Part shown: positions 36,415-46,000 of the stretch, piece by piece | How positions within the stretch are numbered: position 1 is the stretch's first letter | Layout of the letters: each line of letters starts with the position of its first letter | NCBI GenBank assembly: GCA_043817715.1 | Contig: JBDRGO010000007.1 | Coordinates: 15,499 to 79,498 of the forward strand | DNA from: Candidatus Iainarchaeum sp. | GTDB taxonomy: Archaea > Iainarchaeota > Iainarchaeia > Iainarchaeales > JAFGBZ01 | DNA length: 64,000 bases | Direction of reading: 5' to 3' | The notes under the pieces: model-generated | What the model was told of the DNA's origin: nothing | Databases searched by the model: none | The model's input: only the letters and a program-made list of their open reading frames with translations | Made by a program: the position numbers and the translations under genes

Positions 36415-36808
36415 TGCAAATATTCTTTTTTCTGCTTTGATTAAAAAAGGACAAACAAGAAAAGTTTGGTTTAATCCGGAAATTGAATTATGTGCTCCAG
36501 AATTTCTTTTAAAAGAATTCTTAAAATACAGGGAATATCTTCAGAAAAAAGCCTCTGGAACTCCTAAAGAATTCCAGGATATTTCAGAAACTCTTTTTTC
36601 ACAGGTTTTTTTTATTCCCGATTCAGAACTAAAACCATTTTTGCCTGCCGCCGCTTTTCTTTCAAATGATGCAAAAGACTGGCTTTATCTGGCTTGTGCT
36701 TTAAAAGAAGACACAATTATTTGGAGCAATGACAAAGAATTCAAGAAACAGAAAAGAATTAAAATAAAATCGACTAAGGAAATGATTGAAGAAACAGGGA
36801 TGCTGTGA
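36398..36808 (+). CDS. vapC: PIN-domain toxin
   Basis: VDANILFSALI, E, D-x-KD-x-x-YLACAL, IWSNDKEF. Confidence 0.9.
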   Translation: MRVTVDANILFSALIKKGQTRKVWFNPEIELCAPEFLLKEFLKYREYLQKKASGTPKEFQDISETLFSQVFFIPDSELKPFLPAAAFLSNDAKDWLYLACALKEDTIIWSNDKEFKKQKRIKIKSTKEMIEETGML

Positions 36809-36818
36809 TTAGTTTACT

Positions 36819-36832
36819 GGCAGGCTGAAACC
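36819..36832 (+). repeat. Partial copy of the sRNA 3' end just after the toxin stop codon
   Basis: ggcaggctgaaacc (14 nt), preceded 9 nt earlier by gctgtgat as in the 35912 copy. Confidence 0.75.
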
Positions 36833-36974
36833 TGCTTGATTTTCCCTTAAATTCCGTCAAAAACCAGAAAATTCAAGGTTTTAATGGGTTTTTAGCCTGT
36901 TTTGTTTAAAAACCTTTTTCTTGCTTCATTTAAACTATATTGTGTTTATTTGACCAATAAAGGAGGAATTTAAT

Positions 36975-37151
36975 ATGGCAGATATGTTAGTAGTAAAATC
37001 AAAAGTAGCAGAATATATTAAAGGAAAAGGAATGATGATGGCATCAGATTCACCGGAAGCATTAAGCGGAATGGTTGCAATGTTTTTAGATAAATCAATC
37101 GCAAGATGCAAAGAAAACGGAAGAAAAACCGTTAAACCATACGACTTCTAA
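36975..37151 (+). CDS. Short alpha3-type histone (Bd0055/HBb- or HTkC-like), 58 aa
   Basis: MADMLVVKSKVAEYIKGKGMMMASDSPEALSGMVAMFLDKSIARCKENGRKTVKPYDF; AGGAGG SD; RKTV-x-x-x-D histone motif; missed by the ORF track. Confidence 0.9.
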   Translation: MADMLVVKSKVAEYIKGKGMMMASDSPEALSGMVAMFLDKSIARCKENGRKTVKPYDF

Positions 37152-37162
37152 TTAGAAGTCGT
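37141..37162. repeat. Perfect 22-bp palindrome at a convergent gene junction
   Basis: acgacttctaattagaagtcgt is its own reverse complement. Confidence 0.85.
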
Positions 37163-37369
37163 TCACTTCTTTTTTTTAATTTCATCTAAAAGCCCTAATT
37201 TTTCAATAGACAAACGCTCTAATTCCTTAGTTTCCTCAAAAGTAAGTCCATTATCTCTTTTAAAAACCGCTTTTCTTATCTTGATTCTTTTCCTATCAAT
37301 TAATTTTATTTTAATTTTATTTACAACGCGTTTAATAAAATGAAATTTTAAAGGCATTTTTCTCATCAA
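37163..37369 (-). CDS. Small basic hypothetical protein
   Basis: 68-aa ORF coupled by a 4-nt overlap to the upstream gene. Confidence 0.55.
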   Translation of the reverse strand: MMRKMPLKFHFIKRVVNKIKIKLIDRKRIKIRKAVFKRDNGLTFEETKELERLSIEKLGLLDEIKKKK

Positions 37370-37776
37370 ACAATATTTAACTGTATTTTTTTGCTTACAT
37401 CAAACCCCATTGGAATATCCAATGAGGCTTCAATGAACCATTTAACTGTTGAAGTTTTTCCGCCTAAATTTAATGACAACAGGCCCAAATCAATCTTTGC
37501 CCCGGTATTAATCGGAGTGTATTGCGGAATTCCGATTTCAAATTCATATTCTTTTGTCCGGTAATCTTTTTCTCCTTCTTCAAGCATTATTTTTATTTCA
37601 TTAACCCTTCTAATTGAAGTTTTTCCGCCTTTACTTGAATAAGAAGTTGTTTCTTCTTCTCCGTAAAAAACAGCCCTTACTCCGCGTGCCTTGGTTGCTT
37701 CCTTTAAATCCAGAAAAGCCTTTCCCTTAATTGTTTCCCCGAACTTAAAATTCGTTTTATCAAGGATTAATTTCAT
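37366..37776 (-). CDS. Arrestin-N/Spo0M-like beta-sandwich protein
   Basis: F-x-x-GETIKG...KARGV...GEE...YEFEI-x-IP...VKWFIEASLDIP pattern. Confidence 0.6.
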   Translation of the reverse strand: MKLILDKTNFKFGETIKGKAFLDLKEATKARGVRAVFYGEEETTSYSSKGGKTSIRRVNEIKIMLEEGEKDYRTKEYEFEIGIPQYTPINTGAKIDLGLLSLNLGGKTSTVKWFIEASLDIPMGFDVSKKIQLNIV

Positions 37777-37819
37777 TTCCCCTTTTGCCTAAATCAAACA
37801 TTTCAATCACTCCAAAAAT

Positions 37820-38338
37820 TCAAACAGTTACTCTTTTTATTTCAAATAAATTAACATCATTTTCCCTGTCAACCACTGCAATTAATGCATTTGCTTTAAT
37901 GTTTTGAGTTAAGCGGATTAATCTTGATAATTCAGGAAAATTCATTTTCATGTCTTCTGAATACACATTTAAGGTCCACTGTGTATGGGCTTCCCCTGCT
38001 TTTTTTCCTTTAGGGTAAACCCTGAAATCTGAACCGAATTTCAGGCCTGATTTTAAAACATATCCTGCCTGCTTTAATGATTCAAAAACAATTAATTTTG
38101 AATAAAATTTTTTATCAATTGAAAGACCTTTTTTAAGCAAATCATTTTCAGTTAATTCCCTGTCCCTTAAATCAGTTACCGCAATTTTTTCTTTTCTCAT
38201 TAAGTAAACCGCTTCAAACAAATCCAGAATCAACTGGTTTCCTTTCCTTTCACCAAAGCCCTTGCTTTGCAATTGGTCCGCGGTTTTCTTTTCTTCAACA
38301 ATGACCTTGTTTTCAGCTAAATAAATTCTTGAATCCAT
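37820..38338 (-). CDS. endA: tRNA-intron lyase (splicing endonuclease)
   Basis: L-x-LFEAVYL, GY-x-x-KSGLKFGSDFRVY, catalytic Tyr/His and downstream Lys. Confidence 0.92.
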   Translation of the reverse strand: MDSRIYLAENKVIVEEKKTADQLQSKGFGERKGNQLILDLFEAVYLMRKEKIAVTDLRDRELTENDLLKKGLSIDKKFYSKLIVFESLKQAGYVLKSGLKFGSDFRVYPKGKKAGEAHTQWTLNVYSEDMKMNFPELSRLIRLTQNIKANALIAVVDRENDVNLFEIKRVTV

Positions 38339-38404
38339 GTGTAAAGATTAATGGAAAAAGAAGTATTTAAAACAAAAGGTTAATCAAATCTAAAAGAATA
38401 AAGA

Positions 38405-38893
38405 TTAATCAAACCTGCTGAGTAACCGCACAGGATTCAAATCAACATATTTTGAAGAATAACGAGCAGTAAAAACGAGGATTGAATAACTTTGCCTGAT
38501 GCTTTTAACTAAATTCGCAGGCGTTTCAGCTTCAATTGGATTAAATCTTTTCATTATCTGCTTTGCAATTGCAGTATTAGGCGTGTCAATATAAAAACCA
38601 GTGAATTCTTTTTTTAATTCAGGAATTTTTGCAGCAAACGCTTCAAGCAATGAAATTATGTGCCTGGAATTAACTGAATCAATATGCAAATCCAGAACCC
38701 GCTCTCCGCTTCTAAAAATTCCCTTAAATTCTTCAGGCTTTTGAACAACAGCAATATTTCCTTCTAATCTGGATTCAGTTTTGTCCCTGATTGAAAAAGA
38801 AATCATTTTTCTATGCTGAAAAAAATAAGGAATTCCTTCCATTGAATGGCGTTCATGCGCCTCTCTTCTAAAAAATTTAGGCTTTTCAGGCAT
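38405..38893 (-). CDS. Hypothetical protein
   Basis: 162-aa ORF, basic N-terminus MPEKPKFFRR. Confidence 0.6.
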   Translation of the reverse strand: MPEKPKFFRREAHERHSMEGIPYFFQHRKMISFSIRDKTESRLEGNIAVVQKPEEFKGIFRSGERVLDLHIDSVNSRHIISLLEAFAAKIPELKKEFTGFYIDTPNTAIAKQIMKRFNPIEAETPANLVKSIRQSYSILVFTARYSSKYVDLNPVRLLSRFD

Positions 38894-38942
38894 AAATTAA
38901 TTGAATTCAACAAAGTATTTTAAACACCTATAACTAACATAA

Positions 38943-38996
38943 TTTAAGAACCTTAAAGGTTCTTAAAGCTTTAAATTTGCTGAAAAGCAAATTTAA
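38943..38996. promoter_or_regulatory. Two adjacent perfect 11-bp inverted repeats upstream of trpS
   Basis: tttaagaacct-taa-aggttcttaaa and ttaaatttgct-gaaa-agcaaatttaa. Confidence 0.55.
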
Positions 38997-39014
38997 CTTA
39001 ATTCAGGTGATTTA

Positions 39015-40124
39015 ATGGCTGAATTCATTGTTAATCCATGGGAAGTAAAAGGAAATATTGATTATGATAAATTAATCAAGGAATTCGGATTACAGCGAAT
39101 AAAAGAGCTTCCAAAGGAATTCAAGGAATTCTTATTGTTCAGAAGAGGAATCATTTATGCCCACAGGGATTTTGAACGCATTACAAACGCATTCAAAAAC
39201 AAAAAGCCTTTTGCAATGATGACAGGATTAATGCCTTCAGGAAAATTCCATTTCGGGCATAAAATGGTTGCAGACCAAATTATTTTTTACCAGAATTTAG
39301 GCGCAAAAATTTATGTTGCTGTTGCAGACATTGAAGCATATAATACAAGAAATCCTGACATGAAGGAATTAAAGGAAATTGCATTAAAAGAATATTTAAC
39401 AAATTATGTAGCATTAGGGCTTGATTTGAATAAATGCGATTTTTATTTTCAGTCAGAAAGGTCAAAAGATGCGAAAAAAAACAAGGCATATTACCGCTTG
39501 GAAAACATGCTTGCAAGGCATGCAACATTCAATGAATTCAAGGCAGTTTATGGAGAAATCACGCCAGGCAAAATGATTTCTTCCTTATTGCAGGCATCTG
39601 ATATGCTTCATCCCCAGCTTAAAGAATTCGAGGGCGCAATTCCCACAGTGGTTCCTGTTGGCATTGACCAGGACCCGCATATTAGATTGGCAAGGGACAT
39701 CAGCCAAAAAATTCAGGAATTTAAATTCATTCAGTTAAGTTCAACTTACCATAAATTCATGCCTGCATTAAAGGGCGAAAAAATGAGTTCATCTGATTCA
39801 ACTTCATTTATTGCTTTAACTGATTTGCCTGAAGAGGCGGCAAATAAAATCAAAAAATATGCTTTTTCCGGCGGACAGCCGACAATTGAAGAGCACAAGA
39901 AAAAAGGCGGCAACCCTGATATTGATGTAAGTTATCAACTGCTTTTGTTTGGAATGGAGCCGAATGACAAAAAACTTCAGGAAATTTATGATGAATATAA
40001 ATCAGGAAAAATGCTTTCAGGAGAGCTGAAATTAATTGCGATTGAAAAAATGGCGCAGTTCCTGAAAAAACACCAGAAAGAAAGAATTAAGGCAAAACAG
40101 AAAGTAGAAAAATTTATTCATTAA
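39015..40124 (+). CDS. trpS: Tryptophanyl-tRNA synthetase (archaeal type)
   Basis: VNPWEV, PSGKFHFGH, GIDQDPH, KMSSS, AFSGG. Confidence 0.95.
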   Translation: MAEFIVNPWEVKGNIDYDKLIKEFGLQRIKELPKEFKEFLLFRRGIIYAHRDFERITNAFKNKKPFAMMTGLMPSGKFHFGHKMVADQIIFYQNLGAKIYVAVADIEAYNTRNPDMKELKEIALKEYLTNYVALGLDLNKCDFYFQSERSKDAKKNKAYYRLENMLARHATFNEFKAVYGEITPGKMISSLLQASDMLHPQLKEFEGAIPTVVPVGIDQDPHIRLARDISQKIQEFKFIQLSSTYHKFMPALKGEKMSSSDSTSFIALTDLPEEAANKIKKYAFSGGQPTIEEHKKKGGNPDIDVSYQLLLFGMEPNDKKLQEIYDEYKSGKMLSGELKLIAIEKMAQFLKKHQKERIKAKQKVEKFIH

Positions 40125-40144
40125 CAAGTTATAAAGTGAAAGTT

Positions 40145-41041
40145 ATGGATTATGGATTGATTTTAAAGAATGCATATACTTTATGGTTAAAGGATAAAAA
40201 AAGCCTTTTTTATACTTTAATTTATTTTTTAGCAGGACTTTTTTTTGTAGCAATAAGTTTTGGAATTGTGTGGCTTTTCTTTCAAGATGCATGGATTCAA
40301 ATGATGGCTGCATCAACTTATTCAACTACAGTAACTCCTGATCCAAGTATGCTTACAAGTCTTTTAACTTCAATGCTTGTTCTTATTCCAGTTTCATTAC
40401 TTCAAATACTTGTACTTTATTTCATAGGCATTTTAATGAGATTAAGAGCGCTTGAAGTTTTAGGATTTAAAACAGTGCCAATTACTTTAAGCAAATTTTT
40501 TAAACTGATTTTACTTTGGGTTTGGACAACAATTGCAGCAGTTATTTCATGGCATAAGAAAACTTTTTTGTATTTATTTATTGGGTTAATGGTTTTAGCA
40601 ATTATAACCTTAGCATTATTTGTTTTAGGTCAATGGCTTCCGGGAATTATTCTAACAGTTATATTGCTTCCGCTTACAATAATTTATTCTGTAATAATAA
40701 TTTACAATTCAATGAGATTAAGTCTTAGCAGTGCAATAATTCTTCAAAAAGACCAAGGAGTATTTGATACTGCAAAAGAAGCATGGGATTTAGCTGAAGG
40801 CAAGGTTCTTGAAATATTAATTGCAGTTATGGTAATACTTATTCCAATACTTATTGTTGGAATGATTGTAGGACTTATTGCAGGAGTTTTAAGTGCATTA
40901 ATGAATACTGCCTTTCTTTCAACTGCAATACAGCAAATAGTTCAAATTATTATTAGTCCATTGACAGCAATAATTTTTGCTTTTGGTTTTATTACAGTTT
41001 ATTCAGAAGTACTGAAATCAAAAGCATTAAAACCAGTTTAA
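40145..41041 (+). CDS. Multi-pass membrane protein
   Basis: About seven hydrophobic segments. Confidence 0.75.
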   Translation: MDYGLILKNAYTLWLKDKKSLFYTLIYFLAGLFFVAISFGIVWLFFQDAWIQMMAASTYSTTVTPDPSMLTSLLTSMLVLIPVSLLQILVLYFIGILMRLRALEVLGFKTVPITLSKFFKLILLWVWTTIAAVISWHKKTFLYLFIGLMVLAIITLALFVLGQWLPGIILTVILLPLTIIYSVIIIYNSMRLSLSSAIILQKDQGVFDTAKEAWDLAEGKVLEILIAVMVILIPILIVGMIVGLIAGVLSALMNTAFLSTAIQQIVQIIISPLTAIIFAFGFITVYSEVLKSKALKPV

Positions 41042-41060
41042 TCAAATTAAGCAAAAATTA

Positions 41061-41516
41061 TTAATTCAATTTAGGCAAGAATCCAAAGAATCCCTTGCTG
41101 TTTTCTTTTTTTTCCTCTTCTTTTTCTTCCTGCAGTTCAATTAATTCAATTAACTGCAGTTCAATTCCTTCTTTTTTTAATTCTTTTATCAGGCCTTTCT
41201 GCTCCTCTGAATCGGTTTTAATTAAAAAAACTTTTTTTACATTTGAAAGCTTTACTGTGTTGACAAGCTTGTGGTGCAGTTCGCCCCATTCAAGTATGTC
41301 TTCCGCCTTTGCCTTGTTTTCTTTTGCTGAAACAAGTATTTGAGAGATTATTTCATTTGCCTGCGCAATATCAGAAGCAGTCAATCCAAAATCAGTTTTT
41401 TTTTCAGATGCATCAATTACTGCAAGAACAACAAGTTCCCTGCATTGCGGAAAAACTTTTGAAAGGAATTCACGGGAAGATTCTTTTTTTGTCAGAATAG
41501 GAATTAATCCCTTCAT
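41061..41516 (-). CDS. Universal-stress-protein-like fold protein
   Basis: LIPIL...LVVLAVID...ILEWG pattern resembles a degenerate USP domain. Confidence 0.5.
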   Translation of the reverse strand: MKGLIPILTKKESSREFLSKVFPQCRELVVLAVIDASEKKTDFGLTASDIAQANEIISQILVSAKENKAKAEDILEWGELHHKLVNTVKLSNVKKVFLIKTDSEEQKGLIKELKKEGIELQLIELIELQEEKEEEKKENSKGFFGFLPKLN

Positions 41517-41539
41517 CTCAATTCACTTAATAATTCAAT

Positions 41540-42349
41540 TCACTTAATTAACCTGAATAAATCCTTTTTTTTCTCCAAAATTGTTCCTTCTTCTTTAAGG
41601 AATTCCATCGCCACCCTAATTAGGTTTTTATCAGTATTTAATCCTTTTGAAATTTCATCAAGAGTGGCTTTATCTATTGAATCAAGGAAATCAGTTATTT
41701 TCACTGAAACAGGCCTAAACAATTCATTTGCAATAAAGCAGGAACTTCCGTCAAAGCATTTCATTCCTTTAAGAGAGCCGTCCTTTAAATCTTTTTCATT
41801 TAACTGGGAAAATTTTTTTGCAGACATATCATCTGAAAAAATAACAAACTTGCTGTTTAATTCATTTGAAAAAGAACTGCATTCATCCTGCCCTTTTTTT
41901 GCTTCAGTTCTTTTTATTCCTGATTTTTCCTCTTTTTGCCTTTCTTTTTCTTTTGGCTCGGTTTTCCTTATTTCTTTTCCGCGAACTTCATTTCTTAATT
42001 TATAAATTGATTTTTTGTATTTGTCGCTTAACTTGAATTCAAGGACTTTTTCTTCCGCAATTAATTTCTTTAATGCAATTAATTCATTTTCATTTAATTT
42101 TGATTCAAATACCCCAAAAACACGTTCCTTCAAGGGAAGAAATTCAATTAATTCAAGGACCTTTTCTTCCGCAACCTGTTCAGGGGACTGCTTTTCTTTT
42201 CCTTTTTCCTCTTTTGCCTTCAGAACCCATATGCCTTGGGTTGCATTGAATAATTCAAATTCAGTTCCTTCAATCAATTCATTATCCACTGCCTCTTTTT
42301 CTGAAAAAACCAATGAATAAAACGCACCCTGTTTCTTTAATCTAGGCAT
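41540..42349 (-). CDS. Hypothetical protein, possible N-terminal AbrB-like and C-terminal winged-helix domains
   Basis: ATLDEISKGLNTDKNLIRVAMEFLKEEGTILE resembles a wHTH. Confidence 0.55.
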   Translation of the reverse strand: MPRLKKQGAFYSLVFSEKEAVDNELIEGTEFELFNATQGIWVLKAKEEKGKEKQSPEQVAEEKVLELIEFLPLKERVFGVFESKLNENELIALKKLIAEEKVLEFKLSDKYKKSIYKLRNEVRGKEIRKTEPKEKERQKEEKSGIKRTEAKKGQDECSSFSNELNSKFVIFSDDMSAKKFSQLNEKDLKDGSLKGMKCFDGSSCFIANELFRPVSVKITDFLDSIDKATLDEISKGLNTDKNLIRVAMEFLKEEGTILEKKKDLFRLIK

Positions 42350-42514
42350 AATTCAATTAAACCCCCAAATAATGAAAATAAAGAAAAGAAATGAATTTAA
42401 GTTAACTGTTTGGGTTAAATCAGGTTAAATCAGCAAAAACAATTAAAAAAATTAATTCAAAAAATAATTCAGCAATGAAATTCCAGCAAAAAACAATTTC
42501 ATCAATAATTCAAA

Positions 42515-42961
42515 TTAAGTTATTTCAGCAAAAACAATTTCATCAATTAATTCAGGCAATTCCTTTAATTCAAGCACTAAAACCATTGTTTGTTTTTCTG
42601 TAATAGTGCATATTTTATCAAAATCCTTCAAAGAACTATCAATTAATAATCTTGCATCATAAACACTGATTGGAGGAACTAATCTATCAGCATAACCAGT
42701 TATTTCTTCTACTTCTTGTCCTTCAATAAAATCAGAAAAAATAGGAACCGCCTGCCTGACTTTTTCTTCATTTAATTTTTTTTTCCAAGGAAAAACACAA
42801 ATCCAAACATTCTCTGATTCATCCAAAAAAACAGTAGTTTTAAAGCATTGATCTAAACTTAAACCAGTTAATTTACTCAATACAGAAACTTTCCTTATTT
42901 CTTCCCCGGAAACAATTACTTTTGAATTCAGTTCATGGACTTTAATGAAATCCTCTAACAT
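42515..42961 (-). CDS. YbaK/aminoacyl-tRNA editing-domain protein
   Basis: FKTTVF conserved Lys, EVEEITGY-x-x-x-x-VPPI, LLIDSSL. Confidence 0.72.
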   Translation of the reverse strand: MLEDFIKVHELNSKVIVSGEEIRKVSVLSKLTGLSLDQCFKTTVFLDESENVWICVFPWKKKLNEEKVRQAVPIFSDFIEGQEVEEITGYADRLVPPISVYDARLLIDSSLKDFDKICTITEKQTMVLVLELKELPELIDEIVFAEIT

Positions 42962-43080
42962 GAAATCACTTCAATTAAAATAAAAACAAAAAAGAATAAA
43001 AAGAAATCAATTGAAGGGAAAAAGAAAAAAAAGGAAAAAGGAAAGGAAAAACTAACTAATGAAAAAAAAGAAACTTTTTT

Positions 43081-46000
43081 CTAATTAGGATAAATTATTG
43101 GTCTTTTTTTAAAGTATTCAGTAATAGCAGTTTGCAACTCTCTTTCAGTTAACTGAATTGGCACATATTTGGTTCGCATAGAAGCCAAAATCAACTCAGC
43201 AAACTCTTTCATAATTTTTTCGTCCTGTATAAAAAGACCTTTACTATAAGCTTTTTTTACAAATTCTGAAGAAAAAGAAGAAACCCTTACATTCCCATAA
43301 ACCCAAAATGAAATTATTTCAGTCATTAATGTATCTGCATCAATCATTTTTCCGTTTATTTCAACAATTTTGCCTTCACTCATTAAAGGCGGCATAAACT
43401 TTGATGGATTAGCTTGGTATAAATCTAGCTTTGTGAAAGAATAAGTAAAATAATCCTTTTCATAACCTGTTTGAAATTTTTTAAGATATTTAATTAAACT
43501 TCTGTTTTTTGAAAACAAATTAATTAATTCAGCCCTTTCAGAAGTGCTTAAAGCAAACCAACGAATATGGCTTAATTCATGTGCTGAAATATTAATGCTA
43601 TTTGACACTAAATCTTTTCCAGATCTAAACAAAGATAGCTTATTCCAAGAAAAAGCTGAATCCAAAGAAATTGCAATGCTATCAAAACGACCTCCTTTAA
43701 TGCTTTGGAAAGTAAAACCGCCAATAGAAGGTTTAGATCTGCAAACATAAAAATAAATCTTGCCTGCAAAAGGATCATTTAACTCTGAAGTCAAAACAGG
43801 CACTAATCCTTCACTACTTAGTCCTCTGAAAACATTTTGTTTGCCACTCCTAGCCATACTCTGTTTCCAAAAAGAACCCAGTCTTTGCAGTTGATCAGGA
43901 AGAATTGCCGGCAAAGTTCTACGTAAACTCAAAGAGCCAGGAAATTTCAAATACAATTTCTTTGAACCAAACACAACCCCTTCTTCTTTCAGGATTTGAA
44001 TGCTTTCTGACAAAAATAAAGTTTCAACTTCATCAATTGAACAGGCTTCTAAAGTACTTCCTTTACAAACCACTCCCTTTGTTTCATTAATTACTGCTTT
44101 CTGGAATTGCAGTTCTTTAATCAGGATTGCTGCTTCTTCTGGTGATTCTTTTGAAACAAATTCAATCAAATCCTCCAATGAATCAAGTGTTTTACTTATT
44201 TTTGAAAGTTGTTTTGGAGTAACTGAATTCAAATTAATCAAAAAAGCGTCATCTAATTCATTAAATGAATAAATCAAATATTTTTCAGAACCGGCAACCA
44301 CTGCATCTTTTTCAACTCCTCCGACAACAATTTTTTTTGCTGTAGATTCAGCAAAATCAGTTAAAATTTCTTTTGGTACACGAGAATAAGTTTTGCTTAA
44401 ATTCCTTAAAGCAGATATTTCATACCTGAACCAGTTTGTTAAAAGATCTTTTCTTGCTTCAGACAAAGCAACCCTAAAATTAAAAACTGAAGAAGGAGTA
44501 ATTTTTGTATAAATAACTGTGGCAGTATTAGGAAAACGCTTGAATAACACTGCCTTAAATGCATTTTTTTTATCAATTGAAAGCTTAATTAATCTTCCAG
44601 TTCCCCTTAAACTAAATTCAATAAAAGGATGTTTTTCAAGAAATCTTCCAATATTTGAAAGAGCTCTTACTGAAGCTTGCGCGTATTTGCCTGAAACAAA
44701 TTCAGCTAACCTGGTTCCCAAAGAAGTTTTAATAGCACTTTTTCCGACAACTCCTACAAGAGAAAACACTCCTCTAAAAGCAAATTCTCCAATAAACCAA
44801 TACCTTACATCAAAAAATGCTTCCCATCTATGAGAACTTAATTCAACAAATTCAAGAACATGAAGCTCTGATTTAACCTTAAGAGATAAACTTGAAACTT
44901 CAGGTAAAATAATTTCATTTTCTTCATTAAATAATTCAATTTTTTTCTCTAACTCTAAAAGCTTTGCTTTTGCAACCGGGTAAACCGATTCAGAAATATA
45001 ATCCTTGGCTTCAGCGAAATCCAATTCAATTAATTCCAATTCATTTGGAGCTCGATTATGTTCATTAATTATTTCCTGAATAGAATTAAATTTCTTTAAA
45101 GTAGAATTATCAGCAGTTTTATTATTTTGAACAATAGAAGAACTTTGCAAAAAATACCTTGCTGAACCAATATAACCTTTTTCTTCAATATCTTCTTCAG
45201 TTATATCTCCTTGATTCAACAAATTTTCTAAATCATCATCCAATAAATGAACCAATATATTAAATTGCCTTTGCTGTTCATGAATAATTTCTTCTCTATT
45301 CAAAATTTCAGTTACTTCTTCCTGGTTTTCCTCTTCACGAATAATCCATTTAAGCCCATAATAGCCATTATAAAAAAGCTTTGCAAAACTAGTTCTGTCA
45401 TCCAACTGCTCATCCAATTCACCTAAAGCTCCTTTAAATAATTCATTTTCTGTTTGAATTTCTTTTTTCGCAACCTCTAACAAAATCTGATTCAAATGCA
45501 TCCTCTTATTAATTTCATTGAATTGATTAATTTCTTCTTCAGAATCAAATAAATTTGAAATTAAAAAAAGTTTTTCATTAAAAGCATACTCTGCCTCAAT
45601 AAAAGAATCAATATTCTTCCAAGAATATCGGTTCTCTAAATAATCATATCTTGTTTTCAAAAAATTGTATTTCAATTCAAATAAATCATTCATTTCACCT
45701 TCTTCACCAAAAATATTTTCCAAATCCATGAATTCACTTAAATGCATTTCCTTTAATTTCTCTGATTCCAATAATTCTTCTTCCTGAAATCTCTCGGCAA
45801 TCTTTTTATTTTCCTCTAATTTTTTCGGCAAAGTTTCCCTTGGAGAAACAAACGCCAAAGAAATTAATCCACTTGCTTCAAACAAATCAATATGCTTAAG
45901 CCTTGAATCAAAAACCAAATCAAACTTATTTAAAAAATCAAGAACAACAAATTCATCTAATTCATTTAATTCAGTAATCAAATCCAAAGTTCTTTTCTTT

